From Glaucostegus cemiculus (lineage: Eukaryota), in contig CDPCPM010000014.1 of NCBI GenBank assembly GCA_976551045.1, positions 30,504,001 to 30,568,000 of the forward strand: 64,000 nucleotides of DNA, read 5' to 3'. This document shows, piece by piece, positions 1 through 12,000 of this stretch (its first letter is position 1; each line of letters opens with the position of its first letter). Both the position numbers and the translations under genes were made by a program. Below the pieces are notes generated by a model, which saw only the letters and a program-made list of their open reading frames with translations, was not told where the DNA came from and made no database searches.

Positions 1-1368
1 GGCTGTAATATGGCCATTTGGAATATTAGATGCTGTTCCTTGAGTGTATGTTGGGCTTGGTTGGAAGAGTGTAAAAAAAAAAAAAAAAGCCAAAGGTGAT
101 AGACACCTGAAGCTCAGTGTCACTACTGCAGTCTGAACTGGGATGTTCTGCAAAGCAGTCAGCTAATCAGCTCTTGGTTACCTTAATGTAGAGAAGACAG
201 ATATCATGAGCAATGATGCAGTACACTAAACTGGAAAAAGTACAAGTGAATTGCTGCTTCACCTGGAGGGAATGATTGCATCCTTGGCCAATGGGAAAGG
301 AAGAGGTAAAAGAGCCTATTTTTCATCTCCTGTGTTTGCATAGTAATTTGCCATGAGAAGGGAATTGGGTATTTTTGGAGATGTGGGAGGTGTGTTCTAG
401 TTCACAATGCTATAAGGGGTGGGGAGGAGAAGGAGTGTCCATTACTGACATCACATTGAAGTTGGTGGAAATATGCAGAGGATACAAGGAGGGGTGTTAG
501 CACTGCTGCCTCACGTCTGGAGATCTGGGTTTGATCCTGGCTTTGAGTGTGGTCTATGTGGAGTTTTCATGTAACTGTATGGATTTTACCTGGGTGCTCC
601 AGTTTCCTCCCCATGCCAAAGATGTGCTGTATGATAGGTTGATTGGACACTGATAAATTCCCCTTGTGTGGGTGGTAGGAGCGCTTGGGGAGGGGATGTG
701 ATGAAGATGTGAGAACCGTAATGGGATTGGTCTAGATGGTCCCCAGTGGTGAGTGTAGGTCCAATGGGCTGAAGAGTCTGTGATGGGAGAATAGTGGAGT
801 GAAATGTGAGAACAATGGAATCTTATCCTTGTTCTGGGTGGAGAAGATGGATGTGGGAACTGGAAGGTACATTTCTGACACCTAGGGGGAGCCACTGCTG
901 AATAAAAAGGAAGACATTTTGGCAAGTCTGATGCAGAAATTGTCATCATTAAAACAGATACAAAAGAATGGAGAAGCTGGGAGAATGGAATCTTATAGGG
1001 AGCAAGGTGCAGTCCAGATAGCTATAGGAGTCTGTGGGCTTGAAATGGATGTTGACCATGGACCTATTCTCTGTGATAGAGATAGAGAAGGTGAGAAAGG
1101 GAAGGGTTACCACACTGTAAATAAAATTTAATTAAAAAAGAATCTGGGAAGAATGTGAGAGCTGGCTAGAAATTAGTAGCATTGGTGATGAATGTTTTGA
1201 GTTTGCATGAGACCACAAAGTAGCCTCAATACAAGCCATCAGTGTAGGGGAAGAAGAGGTGATGGGGGATGGGTGCTGAATAAGGATTATCTCGCATAGC
1301 CAGCAATGAGACAGGCTTGGTTCAGATTCATGTGGGATCCTATAGCCACAACTTTGATTTGAAAGAAA
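1..1368 (-). mobile_element. Decayed Penelope-like element (RT plus GIY-YIG region), 5'-truncated, interrupted by a SINE
   Basis: Minus strand of ~1305-1368 reads FFQIKVVAIGSHMNLNQACL, matching QIKGVAMVTHMGPSYACLF at 63539. Reverse complement of ~240-270 (ccctccaggtgaagcagcaattcacttgtac) matches the GIY-YIG-region segment at ~17270. Confidence 0.75.
490..785 (+). mobile_element. HE1-like V-SINE (tRNA head, V-domain, CR1-type tail), decayed
   Basis: Head gttagcactgctgcctcac...ctgggtttgatcc; V-domain gggtgctccagtttcctccccatgccaaagatgtgc; tail atgggctgaagagtctgt resembles the CR1 3' motif atgggccgaagggcctgt. Confidence 0.8.
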
Positions 1369-1369
1369 A

Positions 1370-1492
1370 GGTGAAGGGTCATCAGCTTGAAACATTTGCT
1401 CTGTTTTTCTCTCTACACATGCTGACTGACCTCCTGAACACTGAGAATCTTCTGGTTTTATTTTAGATTTCCAGCACCTGCAGTTTCTTGAT
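1370..1492 (+). mobile_element. Penelope terminal-repeat (pLTR) fragment, inverted relative to the adjacent element
   Basis: catgctgactgacctcctga...tagatttccagcacctgcag matches the 3' end of the Penelope copy at ~17950-18020; preceded by a degenerate hammerhead-like tgaagggtc...gaaac. Confidence 0.65.
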
Positions 1493-2424
1493 TTGTGACA
1501 GCAAAATGAGGTTTGCCAATTAGTCCAAATAAAATGTATTTTTGAATTGAGGCCCTTTGAAATCCCATCATCTTCAGTGAGAGCTGAGCATAGGCAGCTT
1601 ATTTGAAAATACAGTATATTGTTTTTATATGGCTGAGGGTGACATGATAGATGATGTAGAGATCACTTTATCTCCATTTGTTACTTGCCATAATTTCTAA
1701 GAATTCAGGAAAACTGATGCATGTTTTGCATATTTCCATGTGTGCTACAATAACATGGAAGACTATACAAAACAGCATTTTGCCCATAAGCAATATTCAT
1801 TTTTTAATTTATGGTCATGACACACACAGATCACTTGTATTTTAAGGAATAAATGTCTTGTATGTTGATGAAATGAATGATGCTATCTGAATTGATCAGA
1901 CTCATATTGTAATTAGGCTTGTACAAATCCTCTGTGGGGAAAACCACAGCAGACCAGACAAGTAGATGTCATGGATGGGTAACTCCACCTCTAATTGCCA
2001 AAGCTGCAGGAGTCTCAGTTGTATAGCTACTAGAGCAACATGGAAGGAATCCTACCAGATTGGATGCACACAACACTATTTACTTATTTATATTTCAAGC
2101 AACTACCTGCCAATCATTTCATTCCAACTTCTGACACAAGAATCTTGAAACATGGAGCGTGGAAACATTTTGACATTTTACTGAAAACATCACATTGCAT
2201 ATGCAGGGAAGACAAGCTAACAGCAAGTAGTCGTACGTTAACTGCAAGGCACTCATTGTCTTAAAGACAGAGGAAGAAAACAACAAGTTAGGGGTTGTTT
2301 GAAGTTTGACAATTTCTTATGTTCATCTGTTTTGCTGTAGTTCATGTGGGGTTTGTGTTCATCTTAACATGAGGAGGAGTAGGGACACTACTGTTGGCCT
2401 CCATACTTCTGGACTAGAAGTATG

Positions 2425-2745
2425 GTTTGATGGAGCTTAAAGGGAGGCCATTTATCCCACCCAGTTTGTGTTTGGTCTTTTGTAGAGCAATCCATTTAAT
2501 TCCACTGCCTTGTTCTCTCCTTTTCGTCCTGCAAAGTTTCCACTTCAAGTACTTATCCAATTACCTTCTGAAAGTTTGTATGGAATCTGCTTTCATACTT
2601 TTTAGCCAGATCATTAAAAATTCATGACATTTTCTCCCCTCATTGCCTCTGGTTCTTTTGCCAGTCACAAATCCGTGTTCTCTGATTCCCAACTTTTCTG
2701 CCACTGTAAACAATATCCTCATTTGCTCTGTTAATATAATTATGA
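2425..2745 (-). mobile_element. Old CR1 LINE 3' fragment
   Basis: ggaggccattt...ttcaagtacttatccaatt...ctgaaag...gaatctgctttc resembles a reverse-oriented CR1 3' end; highly decayed. Confidence 0.45.
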
Positions 2746-4084
2746 ACATTCCTATTGAGTTTCCCTTTGATCTTCCCTCAAGACAATTCATGAAAGGGAT
2801 GTCAATTCAATGTGTCTAATTGCCTTGTTTTTTGACTTTCCTTATAGCTGAGGTTCTTACTGCTTTATTTATTGAATCCCATTGAGATACATACATGCTT
2901 GAACATGAGACAAAGATGTGTGAATCTTCTTTGCAACTAAATTATGCATGGACTCCAAGCCTAGATGTTCCAATCAGTGCAAAAGTGATATCAGTTGGAA
3001 AAATACAGGTTTGCAAAGTGCTAAGTCATGGAGAAGCACATTAGCAAAATGTTTCTGGGGCAGTTACTGAATATACTAATGGGAGAAAGTGACAGAAACT
3101 GGAATTGGTAAATATCACTGTAGCAGTCCACTGTGCAGGTTGCAGGAGAGCCACCACAATGAACAGAGTGGTTCCAAGGGGCATGATGGACTAATGGTGC
3201 TAATGACATGGCCAATGGCTCTGAAGCACAATCATAAAACTGTAAGGATATAAGAAGCAAAAGCAGGAGTAAAAGCATATTAACAACACTGCTAGTGCCT
3301 GGCCTGTTCTGACACAGACTGGTGAGCAGCTGAAGAACAAAGGGAAGCTGATAAACCCCTTTCTCCTCAGAGGAATAACTCATCTGAATGCAATTTTGGT
3401 AACCACAACCCCAAACCATTCAGTAAGTTACCACAAGAAAAGCATTCCTATCCAAATTTCTGAATGAAGTATGTCATGTTCTGTAGAAAAGTTAATTAAT
3501 AATCTTCATGGACTTTTACTGCCTGTTTTGGAAATCTATTGTTCCTTTGCAGTGCTATGCCAGATGCTGGTGGGAGGCTACTGACTTTCAGCAGAGGGCC
3601 TGTAGAACCACCCTTCTTATGGTTGTGCACCTGGGACCTGGGGTGTTGGCTGCACCATTCTTTCTATTTACAATATTTTTATTAATTCTGCAAAGAAAAT
3701 AGAGAGCACATGAATCAAAAAGGTAAAAGTACTACTAAAGGCCGCACCATTCTCGATATGTTTCAGTGGCCAGGTTGGTGGGCTGACAGGCAGGAGCAAG
3801 GGCACTGGGAGATGTGGGACAATGCATATTGTCTTCCCAAGAGAAGACAGCAGCTGCATACTCCACATAGCCACAGTTCCTCCTCAATCTGAGAAAGGGT
3901 TTGTTTCTGACTTCCTGAGTCCTTTTGCACACAGTAATTCATAGCCATCAGCCTGTGGCTGTCTGAGCACCAGCTGTACTATCCAGACACTTCATGGCTG
4001 CTGTTTGTGCAGTGTTGGAAGCTGTGCCTACCCAATACTCCACATAGCTGTAGCATGTGTGCAAGAGCAGAAGGGTACATTTCC

Positions 4085-4250
4085 AACACTGGAAAAGATG
4101 AGACTGAGCACTATGCAAAAACCCTGTGCCAGGCCCAGCCTGGCATATTGAATGCAGCCTCTCTGACCACTTCTCCATTTCTTCTACATTCCCCCTCTCC
4201 CACCAAGGCATCCAATGTAGTGTCTGAAAACCATGGTGCAGTTTCTCTCT
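4085..4250 (-). mobile_element. Harbinger/PIF ORF2 (Myb/SANT-like DNA-binding protein) relic
   Basis: Minus strand reads RETAPWFSDTTLDALVGEGECRR, then QCWK in another frame, resembling the APRFSD..LE.LV.EV.RRR...QCRKK pattern of Harbinger Myb/SANT ORFs. Confidence 0.55.
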
Positions 4251-4784
4251 CCTATCAAGTCATCCTAGGTAGTTTCAACTGGTGTTAGCCATTCACAAAG
4301 TTGGATTAACCACTGAAGTGATAAGGCAAATATTAATAAACCTGAACTACAGTTAATGCTGGTTGGGGCACTGAAATTGTGATAATTAGCAATGATGTTG
4401 GATTACAGACTAGATCAAGCAGGCCATGGGAAAGTTCCAATATTATCCAATTTAACTTTTGGTAGGGTTGGTTGGCCTGATGAGTAATTTCATTGATCTA
4501 TGATGAGCTGATTTATTCACACAATATATTTATAAATACTTCACATTATACAACAGTTTTCTGACTTCATGCTTCTGAGCAGTGGACTGACAGTTTGGAG
4601 ACTCAATTTAAAATCCTTTGACCATTTATTTAAGCAGCAAGATTAGTATGCACAGAGAGAATTCAAACTTGGAGAAATAATTTGGAAATAAATAAATTAT
4701 TTGACTAACTCTTTTTTGTGGTGCTTGTTGAGGGAGGAACGTGGACTTTGCATATACTGGGGACAATATAAGCCATAGAATGAT

Positions 4785-4950
4785 GGTCATAGAGTTATAC
4801 ACACTTTGGCCCAACCTGTTCATGCTGACCAAGTTATCAGCCTGAGCTAGTCCCATTTGCCTGTGTTTGGTCTATGTCCTTTAAATCTTTCCTGTTAAAA
4901 TGTCTTTTAAACATTGTAATTGTACCCACCTCTACCACTTCCTCCAGCAA
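4785..4950 (-). mobile_element. CR1 LINE 3' end fragment
   Basis: catagagttatac...tttggcccaac...gtcccatttgcctgtgtttgg...cacctctaccacttcctc; same layout as 8848-9059. Confidence 0.7.
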
Positions 4951-5397
4951 TATGTTTCAGGCACAAGTCCCAAACATCAATGGAAGATCATTAACTAAAT
5001 GGTGGAATTTTCGAGCATAGAATAACCATACACACTTTGGATGCCATATTGGGCCCTGGGTACCCTTTTAATGACTCAATCCAATTTCAAGGAATGCTTT
5101 AATTATATTGAATATAAAGATATATGACTTGGCTGTGCTTAGTGGAAATATACTTGCTCATTATCTTGTAGACACACTAACTCCCACTAGAAGCCAATGA
5201 TTAAAACAAAACCCATTTACCACCAAGCGATTGCTTTACATTCCCAGCAGTGACTCATTGATTATCTAAATATATCATGCATTCTTCAGGCATGTTAACA
5301 CCCTACTACTATAATGTGGGTTTGTGTCAGTGAATCATCAAGGTTCAAGGTTAAAAAGTGTAATCCTAAAGTAGAAGTTATTTAAAAAAAAAATCAT

Positions 5398-7186
5398 TCT
5401 ACCATTGCCTACGGGTGGAAGAGTGGAGTGGACATGCCGGGTCAGCTTGGACCAGGAGAAGCGATATCACACATGCACATGATGGACAGGATTTGGGGAG
5501 GGAATCGGGAACTAGCTCCAAATGTTCTACGCAGACATTAGTAGCGCAGTCCAAATCAATGGGTGGGAAACAGATAGCTTCCCTATCAAGTCTGGAGTAA
5601 GGCAGGGTTGCTCATCTCTCCCTTGTCTTTGTGCTGCACTGAACCCTTTACCAAACCCATTAAGAAGGACACGGGCACCAGGGGCTGACCATACTGGGCA
5701 CGCAGATCAAGGGCTCTCTTTACGTGGGTGACATCACTTCTGCACGGATCCAAGGTCAATCCGCAAATTGATTAGCATCTGTGACCACATTGGGCTGGCA
5801 TTAGGGCCCAGAGTCAACTGTAGGAGAAACGAGGCCATGCAACTGACCCAACTGGTCCACCATTGCCCTTCTCTCTGAAGCCTGACTACTGAAGGTGGTT
5901 CGGAATAGGCAAGGCATGTAACAAGAATTTATCTGGAGTGGACAGCCAAAGGTAAACAGAAATTTGGACAGTGGGACCGGGGTTCCCTTCTGACGACGGG
6001 CAAGAAGCTGGGCATACCCCACTGCTCCGCTATGGCAGTCACCCATACCATCTTCTGTATCAGTTGGGGATACAAGATGGAACATGTCTAAAGGGTCGTG
6101 ATGCACAGTCCCCAGCAAATGGTGCAAAAAATGTACCCAGCATCGCCCTCATCCTTATGGCCATTTTAGTGTGTGGCTGCATCAAGCTGTGCAGAGAAAT
6201 AAGCTACACAAGTAGTGAGGGTCACTAAGTGCTGAGGTTCTGCCTGCTCCTGTTGTTGCAAGGGATGGGCCTGGTCTCATTGCCATGCAATGTTTCATTC
6301 ACATTACCACACCACCTGTCCATTGTGGGAAAAGTTCTTTCAGGGAAACCCTTTGATCATAAGTTCATCAGGCAGTGGTCAGTATAGAACATCCTACAGG
6401 GTCTGTGGGAGAAGGACACAATGGATCCGCTGGTATGGTTTCCCAAGCTGACTGTTAAAATCATTTGGCAGAATGCCTCATCGCCAACACTCACCAACAA
6501 GTGCTATGACCTCGCTTGGCTGGCGGTGAGAGGGTCCTTCCCTGTCAGATCCTTCCTACATGGTCAGAGTCCCACTCCTAATGCACGATGCCCCTGGGAG
6601 GGCTGTGACCAGGATGAGGTGATTGCCTGCCTGTTTGTGGATTGAAGTTCTGGAAAAGGATGCAAGGGCCCTCGTCAAGGTTCATCCTGAGCAGCTTTGT
6701 AACAGAGGACTCTGATCTACAGGCTGTTCTCAGGGACACATACCAAGACAAATATCAAGTGCTGCTGGAAGACTATCAACTTGATGAAAGAAGCACTCCT
6801 GCCTGAAATTTGTTGGTCTTCCAGTACAATGAGTTATCCATAAGGGAATGCTGCCATCTGGCATATTCCAGGCTGCAGGAGTACCCGCTGAGGGATGCAC
6901 TGAAGGTTGAAGGCTTTGTGGGGAAGGATTGCAGTCTAAGGTCCTTCTGCACCAGACATTGAGGCCTAAACTCTGGGTAAAAACCTCTGAAATATTTGAA
7001 ATTTGTATTGTCCAAAGGGGCCACATGAATGGCAATAGCGCGTTGTACATAGAATGCGCTAACACTACGAATAGAAAGTCCTGATAACACCCTGAATGTC
7101 TAGATCGAATGACACTATGAATATAAAGAAAGCTATGCACTATTTTTGCATATCTTGTACATACTTTTTCTGAATATTTATTTTTG
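5398..7186 (+). mobile_element. Tx1-clade LINE, 5'-truncated and decayed (RT to C-terminal zinc knuckle plus 3' UTR)
   Basis: INGWETDSFPIKSGVRQGC (RT motif) in ORF 5522-5731; DLAWLAVRGSFPVRSFLH...ARCPWEGCDQDE..CLF (zf-RVT-like) in ORF 6421-6645. Possible 7-bp TSD aaatcat at 5391-5397 and 7187-7193. Confidence 0.85.
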
Positions 7187-7269
7187 AAATCATCTAAGTA
7201 TCTAAAAGATATTTGATGCAACTAAATCTAAACAAAAACTTCTAACATCTGATCTAAAAAAAGCAGAAT

Positions 7270-7700
7270 AAAGACTTCCGTTTATACAATGCCTTCCTCA
7301 ATCTTGGCATATACCAAAGTGGTTTATGCTAATGAAGTACTTTTGAAGTGTTGTCAGTTCTAAGCAACATAGGAGTAAGTGTGTGCAAGCTTCCATAGAA
7401 CATTACAGTACAGTACAGGCCCTTCGGTCCATAATGTCCCATGAGTTGCAATATGCTAAATAGCCAACTGTGGTAATTTAGTACTGCTGGTTAGGGTTAA
7501 ATACCAGGCAAAACACTGAGGTATTCTCTCATACTCTTTTGCAAAACAATATCAAAGGATCATTTACATCCACCTGTGATGGCAGGAAGAGCATTAAATT
7601 AATGTCTCCTCCATAAGATGGTACCTCTGGTGTAGTGCTCCCTCAATACTCCATTGGAGTGTCCACCTAGAATGAAACTTAGGCACAACCTTCTGACTAA
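7270..7700 (-). mobile_element. Deu-domain SINE (SacSINE1/AmnSINE1-like), decayed, containing a short CR1 tail insert (~7393-7440)
   Basis: Reverse complement contains agtcagaaggttgtg, gacactccaatggagtattgagggagcactacaccagaggtaccatctt...gagacattaa (Deu domain-like) and cacttcaaaagtacttcattagc (L2-like tail). Confidence 0.7.
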
Positions 7701-8249
7701 AAATAATGAAATTATCACAAAAAGTCCTCTCCGTCACAATGACCACATGGTTCTTTGCTGTGACATTGTCTGTGTTATCCGCTCCCCCAGATGACAATCA
7801 CATCCATACTTTTGTCAATCAGACTAATTATTAATAATAGACTTTATTATTGGAATGAGGTTCTTGGTGACCTATTTATTGGCCTGTTATTTATTCAAAA
7901 AATTTATCCAAATTCCATCATCCAAGAGGGACTGGAAGCAGAAGTTGGAAGATTTCTCTAATTTCAGAATTAATACCCTTCTCTTTTTTCCTTTTCCTTA
8001 TTTAATTATGCAGTGAAACAAAGACACACATTATTGAACAGCAACATAACACATAAAATTCAACCATGTAAGTTTACTTTTAAGTTTTATCACCATCCAA
8101 AAATTGCAATATATTCTTCTGGTTATTTGAATGAACAGGCTCAGGGTCAGAGAGGCCCATATTCATTCATCATTTAAATTCCACTCACCAGTCATCCCTG
8201 TCCTCTATCAATTATGCAGGTTCTTGTATACATCAATGTATTCCATTTA

Positions 8250-8590
8250 ACTCCCCAGCCCTCATTTCCATGCATATCTTCTTCACCTCCACAATATTCT
8301 CCAGCCACATATCCTTGCCAAAATCTTTATACCTCCAATTCTTGCTTGTTGCCATCCTTCATTTTACCATCAGTGACAAGAGCTTCCGTAACTTGAGGCA
8401 TTCCTTAGATCTCTCTCTCCCCAAAATGCTCAAACTCTTACTTGTTTGCACTTCTTTGACAATCTTCCAACAAGCCTACATTTTGGCTTCGCTTGAGTAG
8501 TTTAAGTCTGTTTTTTAATCTTTTTCCACAACTTGTTAATTGGTCTCTGACCATTTATCTGTAAATGGTCTACATAAGTGCAAACAGTAC
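8250..8590 (+). mobile_element. Old L2 LINE 3' fragment
   Basis: cctccaattcttgcttgttgcc...accatcagtgacaagagcttc...ending ctacataagtgcaa, typical of an L2 3' end; weak. Confidence 0.4.
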
Positions 8591-8847
8591 TATTCAAACA
8601 AAAAGGAAGATTAGACAGGTGCAGCCTGAGTCATTAATTTATATCTCAGCATCGTGAAATGTTCGTAAGGGAAATAAATCATTAAAAAATTTGAAGGCCT
8701 CAGAATATGTCTGGTAAACATTAGGGTGGAATTGCTTAATATGTTTGCATATAATACCATTATGGGCTACAATATAGAGAGATGAGTTAATGTTTCTTTA
8801 ACAATAGAAGGTAAGAATCAAAAGTTAAGACATTTAAGCATTTGAAT

Positions 8848-9059
8848 ACCATAGAACCATAAAACAATACAGCACAAAACGGGCCCTTTGGCCCACCATC
8901 TAACTCTTTCCTCCCACATATCCCTCTATTCCACATTCCTCTATATGGCTATCCAACAATCTCTTGAACCTGTCCAACGTACCTGCCTCCACCACCACCC
9001 TAGGCAGCGCATTCCATGCGTCAACCACTCTCTGGGTGAAAAACTTCCTTCTGACATCT
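8848..9059 (-). mobile_element. CR1 LINE 3' end (relatively young)
   Basis: Minus ORF DVRRKFFTQRVVDAWNALPRVVVEAGTLDRFKRLLDSHI is the canonical CR1 ORF2 C-terminus; tail accatagaaccata. Confidence 0.92.
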
Positions 9060-12000
9060 ACAAATGTCATGTACAAATACAATACAAATACTTGCATTCT
9101 GCAATTTCAAAGTCATAATCATTCCACATCCATTACACTGAAAGATATGCTGTAAAATATCCTGTTCTGTAGTGGGTTAACTGATATCTGTTGGGATGGT
9201 GGTTTTAGTAGCAGAGACCTAAGATAGTCACTGCCCTGTGACCATTGTTATATGTGTATATACAGTATACTGATTGAGGAGATGGTGAACAAATGTTGTG
9301 GTGCTATATGAAGTTCAATTCCCCTCTGTTTCATGTGAACTAACACTCCTGTGGTGAAGGCCAACATTTGAAACTTCTAATTATCCACATCTCTCTGATG
9401 CTCTTAAACATGATGTAAATTTTCAATATTACTATATATGGTTTTATTTCAGATTTCCAAAATTAATGTTTTTTGATTTTGGATTTTATTTTGCATTAGA
9501 GGGTCAACCCAGCTCTTTCATCTGCTCTGAATGTGTTGTACCCTGCACAGCAAAAGCATCCTCCTTTATTTTGGTATTATCTAGTGAATAAAAAAATAAC
9601 TCTAAATATTCTTTAGTGTTAAGTATCAGAGATAAATACTTACCTGCACCAGCATCAGAGTTGTGTGTCATAATCAATAAGTAGATTGTCTTATCTATCT
9701 ATAACATGCTAAGTCTTAGGTTCTTTCCCATCCCTGTCTGTACCACTTCTTGTTTTCATGTTTTGTTAATCTGTTTTAAAAATTCAGCCTCTGTTATGTG
9801 CACTAAGTTGCTTCTGAAATTGGTTTTGATTTTCTTTAGCAGAACTGAATTTCAGAAGCAGAGTTTGATATACATATATTCCCATATTATACATTAATCT
9901 GTATAAACTTTCCAAAGTACCTCCTTTTTCATTGTAAATTCCTATGTACAAATTTGCATTTGGATATGACTATATCAACTTTCAACTTATTGGTATCTGA
10001 CTATTACACAATCTAGCCTCTGTACTCATAACTTTCTCAAGTCTTTTTAATTTTTTTTCATTGCTAATTATACCTCAGTAACTGAAACATTAATGAAAAA
10101 TTCACAGTAATACAAAATACCAATTACATTATCTCCAGTGTCTTTTGATGGCTTCATTAAAATGTTACCTGAAAGTCTCAGGTTCATCTGGGAATTTGAG
10201 TTTGGACTTAATATTTTTGCTCTGAAATGTAATTCTGTGATGTGAATTTGGATAATGGGGCCAAGTCATGGCCAGTGTATGGAAATCCCAGCATGCATCA
10301 GTATCATTCTGACAACTCCACTGACACTATATTCTCCTTCAGCTACAACTTCTAGCTCAGCAGATTTTCTTCAAGAAGTTTTTGAAAAACTCAGACAATT
10401 TTCAAAAGGTTGGTTGAGATAAAATTTATATGAGTGTGTTCTTTTTAAAACAAAGTTATACATTCCTGAATGAGATATTGAGAATGTGCCAATGAAATCC
10501 TAGCAGCAGCTTTTGTTTTGTGCTCTATAAACTTTGGAAAGTATGAAGAGATAATTGCTGGAGTATCTTCTGTTTCTGTCTTGTCTGCCATGCCTTGCAA
10601 TAAGTTGAATCTTGAAGCACATTGAGGCAGGCAGGAAGACACCTGATGCTACAAATTCTTGCTCCTTTCCCTCAGTCAGGAACTAACATATTTGTGGAGG
10701 CCAGTGCACTGGTGCATCTGAATAATTTCAAGCCTAGTGGATATATTTCCTGCTGGTGGAGTTCAAGTTGGAGAAGCAGCCCTTTCTGGATATGGAATGC
10801 AGTAAATGGATTGGACCCTTTATGCAAGGGGAAGGGGATTTGAGGCTACAGCTGTGCATTATTGTGTCATCATGTACCTCAGATCCAGGCTGACCCGTGA
10901 AGTTTAAGCTACCTCGCACTGATCTTGTAAATTTTGGGAGGAGGTAAGTAACAGTGAGAGAGATGAGGTGATGATAGGGATTTAATAGACAGTGACATTC
11001 TCCTGCCAGACCCCAGAGCATAAGCATAAGTGACTCCTGTTCTCACTATGCCCACCACTTCATACCATACAAGCCATGACCTCCAACCCAAAGAGATGAA
11101 AATATAAAGATAGAGAGGAACCAGTCAAGAGGAGAAGTAGCAACAGGAAAACATCTGAGTCAGCAGTATTCGTTGAAATACCAGTCACACCATCATTGGG
11201 GATGTTGACTAGTGATAAGCTGTGTTCAAAACATCTACAAGCGCATCCTGCCAACTTTTTCATATAAATTCCCATGTCCACATAGGTAATGAAACAACAT
11301 TGTAAATTGCCACACTATCCCCAGTGCAAAAGCTGCAGAACAGCCACTATAATTGTAGTGTGACATGTTTGCATAGCCAGTTTACATTATGAATGTGTTC
11401 CTAAGAATTCATAATGGAAATGCAAAGATAGGAACTGAATGTATGACTTTAAAATAGGGCTGAATTCTGTTTGCATGCCCTGATCCAATTATCCCTCAGC
11501 TTCTAACCTCATTCATTGGACCTGAAGATTACACTTGGTCCTGATTCACTGCATGCAACACCATGGGAGATTGAACTAGTTAGCCATAAATTGTAGGCAC
11601 TTGGGGTAATTGTCTCTGTAGCCATTGAGATATAATCTTATTTTACGCTATCCCTTTCAATAGGCTTAACATGGAGAGTATTCCTTTCAACATAAACATG
11701 AAATGAATTGCAAGAACCTCTGGAGAATGGAGCTTTGAATGGTCAGTCGTCATCTGAAAATGCATTGAGATTCACATGCAGAGCTTTTATAATCTAAAAC
11801 TGGAAACAGTATTGTGGTTATTACCATAAACATTTCCTTAGTGTGCCTCCCTATCACTGTAATTCAGTTCTTTCCTTCCTTTGATCATTATAGCTAAAAG
11901 GATGAAATTTAAACATATAAAGTAATGATACTGACAACAGCAATATGATGTCTCTGAGAATAACTGGAAATGGCAGGAACAAACTATAAGTGGATTTTCT

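Noticed and set aside
73-88. Poly-A run as a retrocopy tail
   Set aside because: It lies inside the decayed Penelope element with no upstream mRNA-like body; likely slippage.
9644-10650. Minus-strand donor-like site (cag/gtaagt at 9644) with A-rich coding-like sequence upstream
   Set aside because: All three frames hit stops within about 20 codons and no protein family was recognisable.
10734-11027. Possible further Harbinger transposase relic (SRKG..S-like motif)
   Set aside because: Similarity too weak to support without a profile search.
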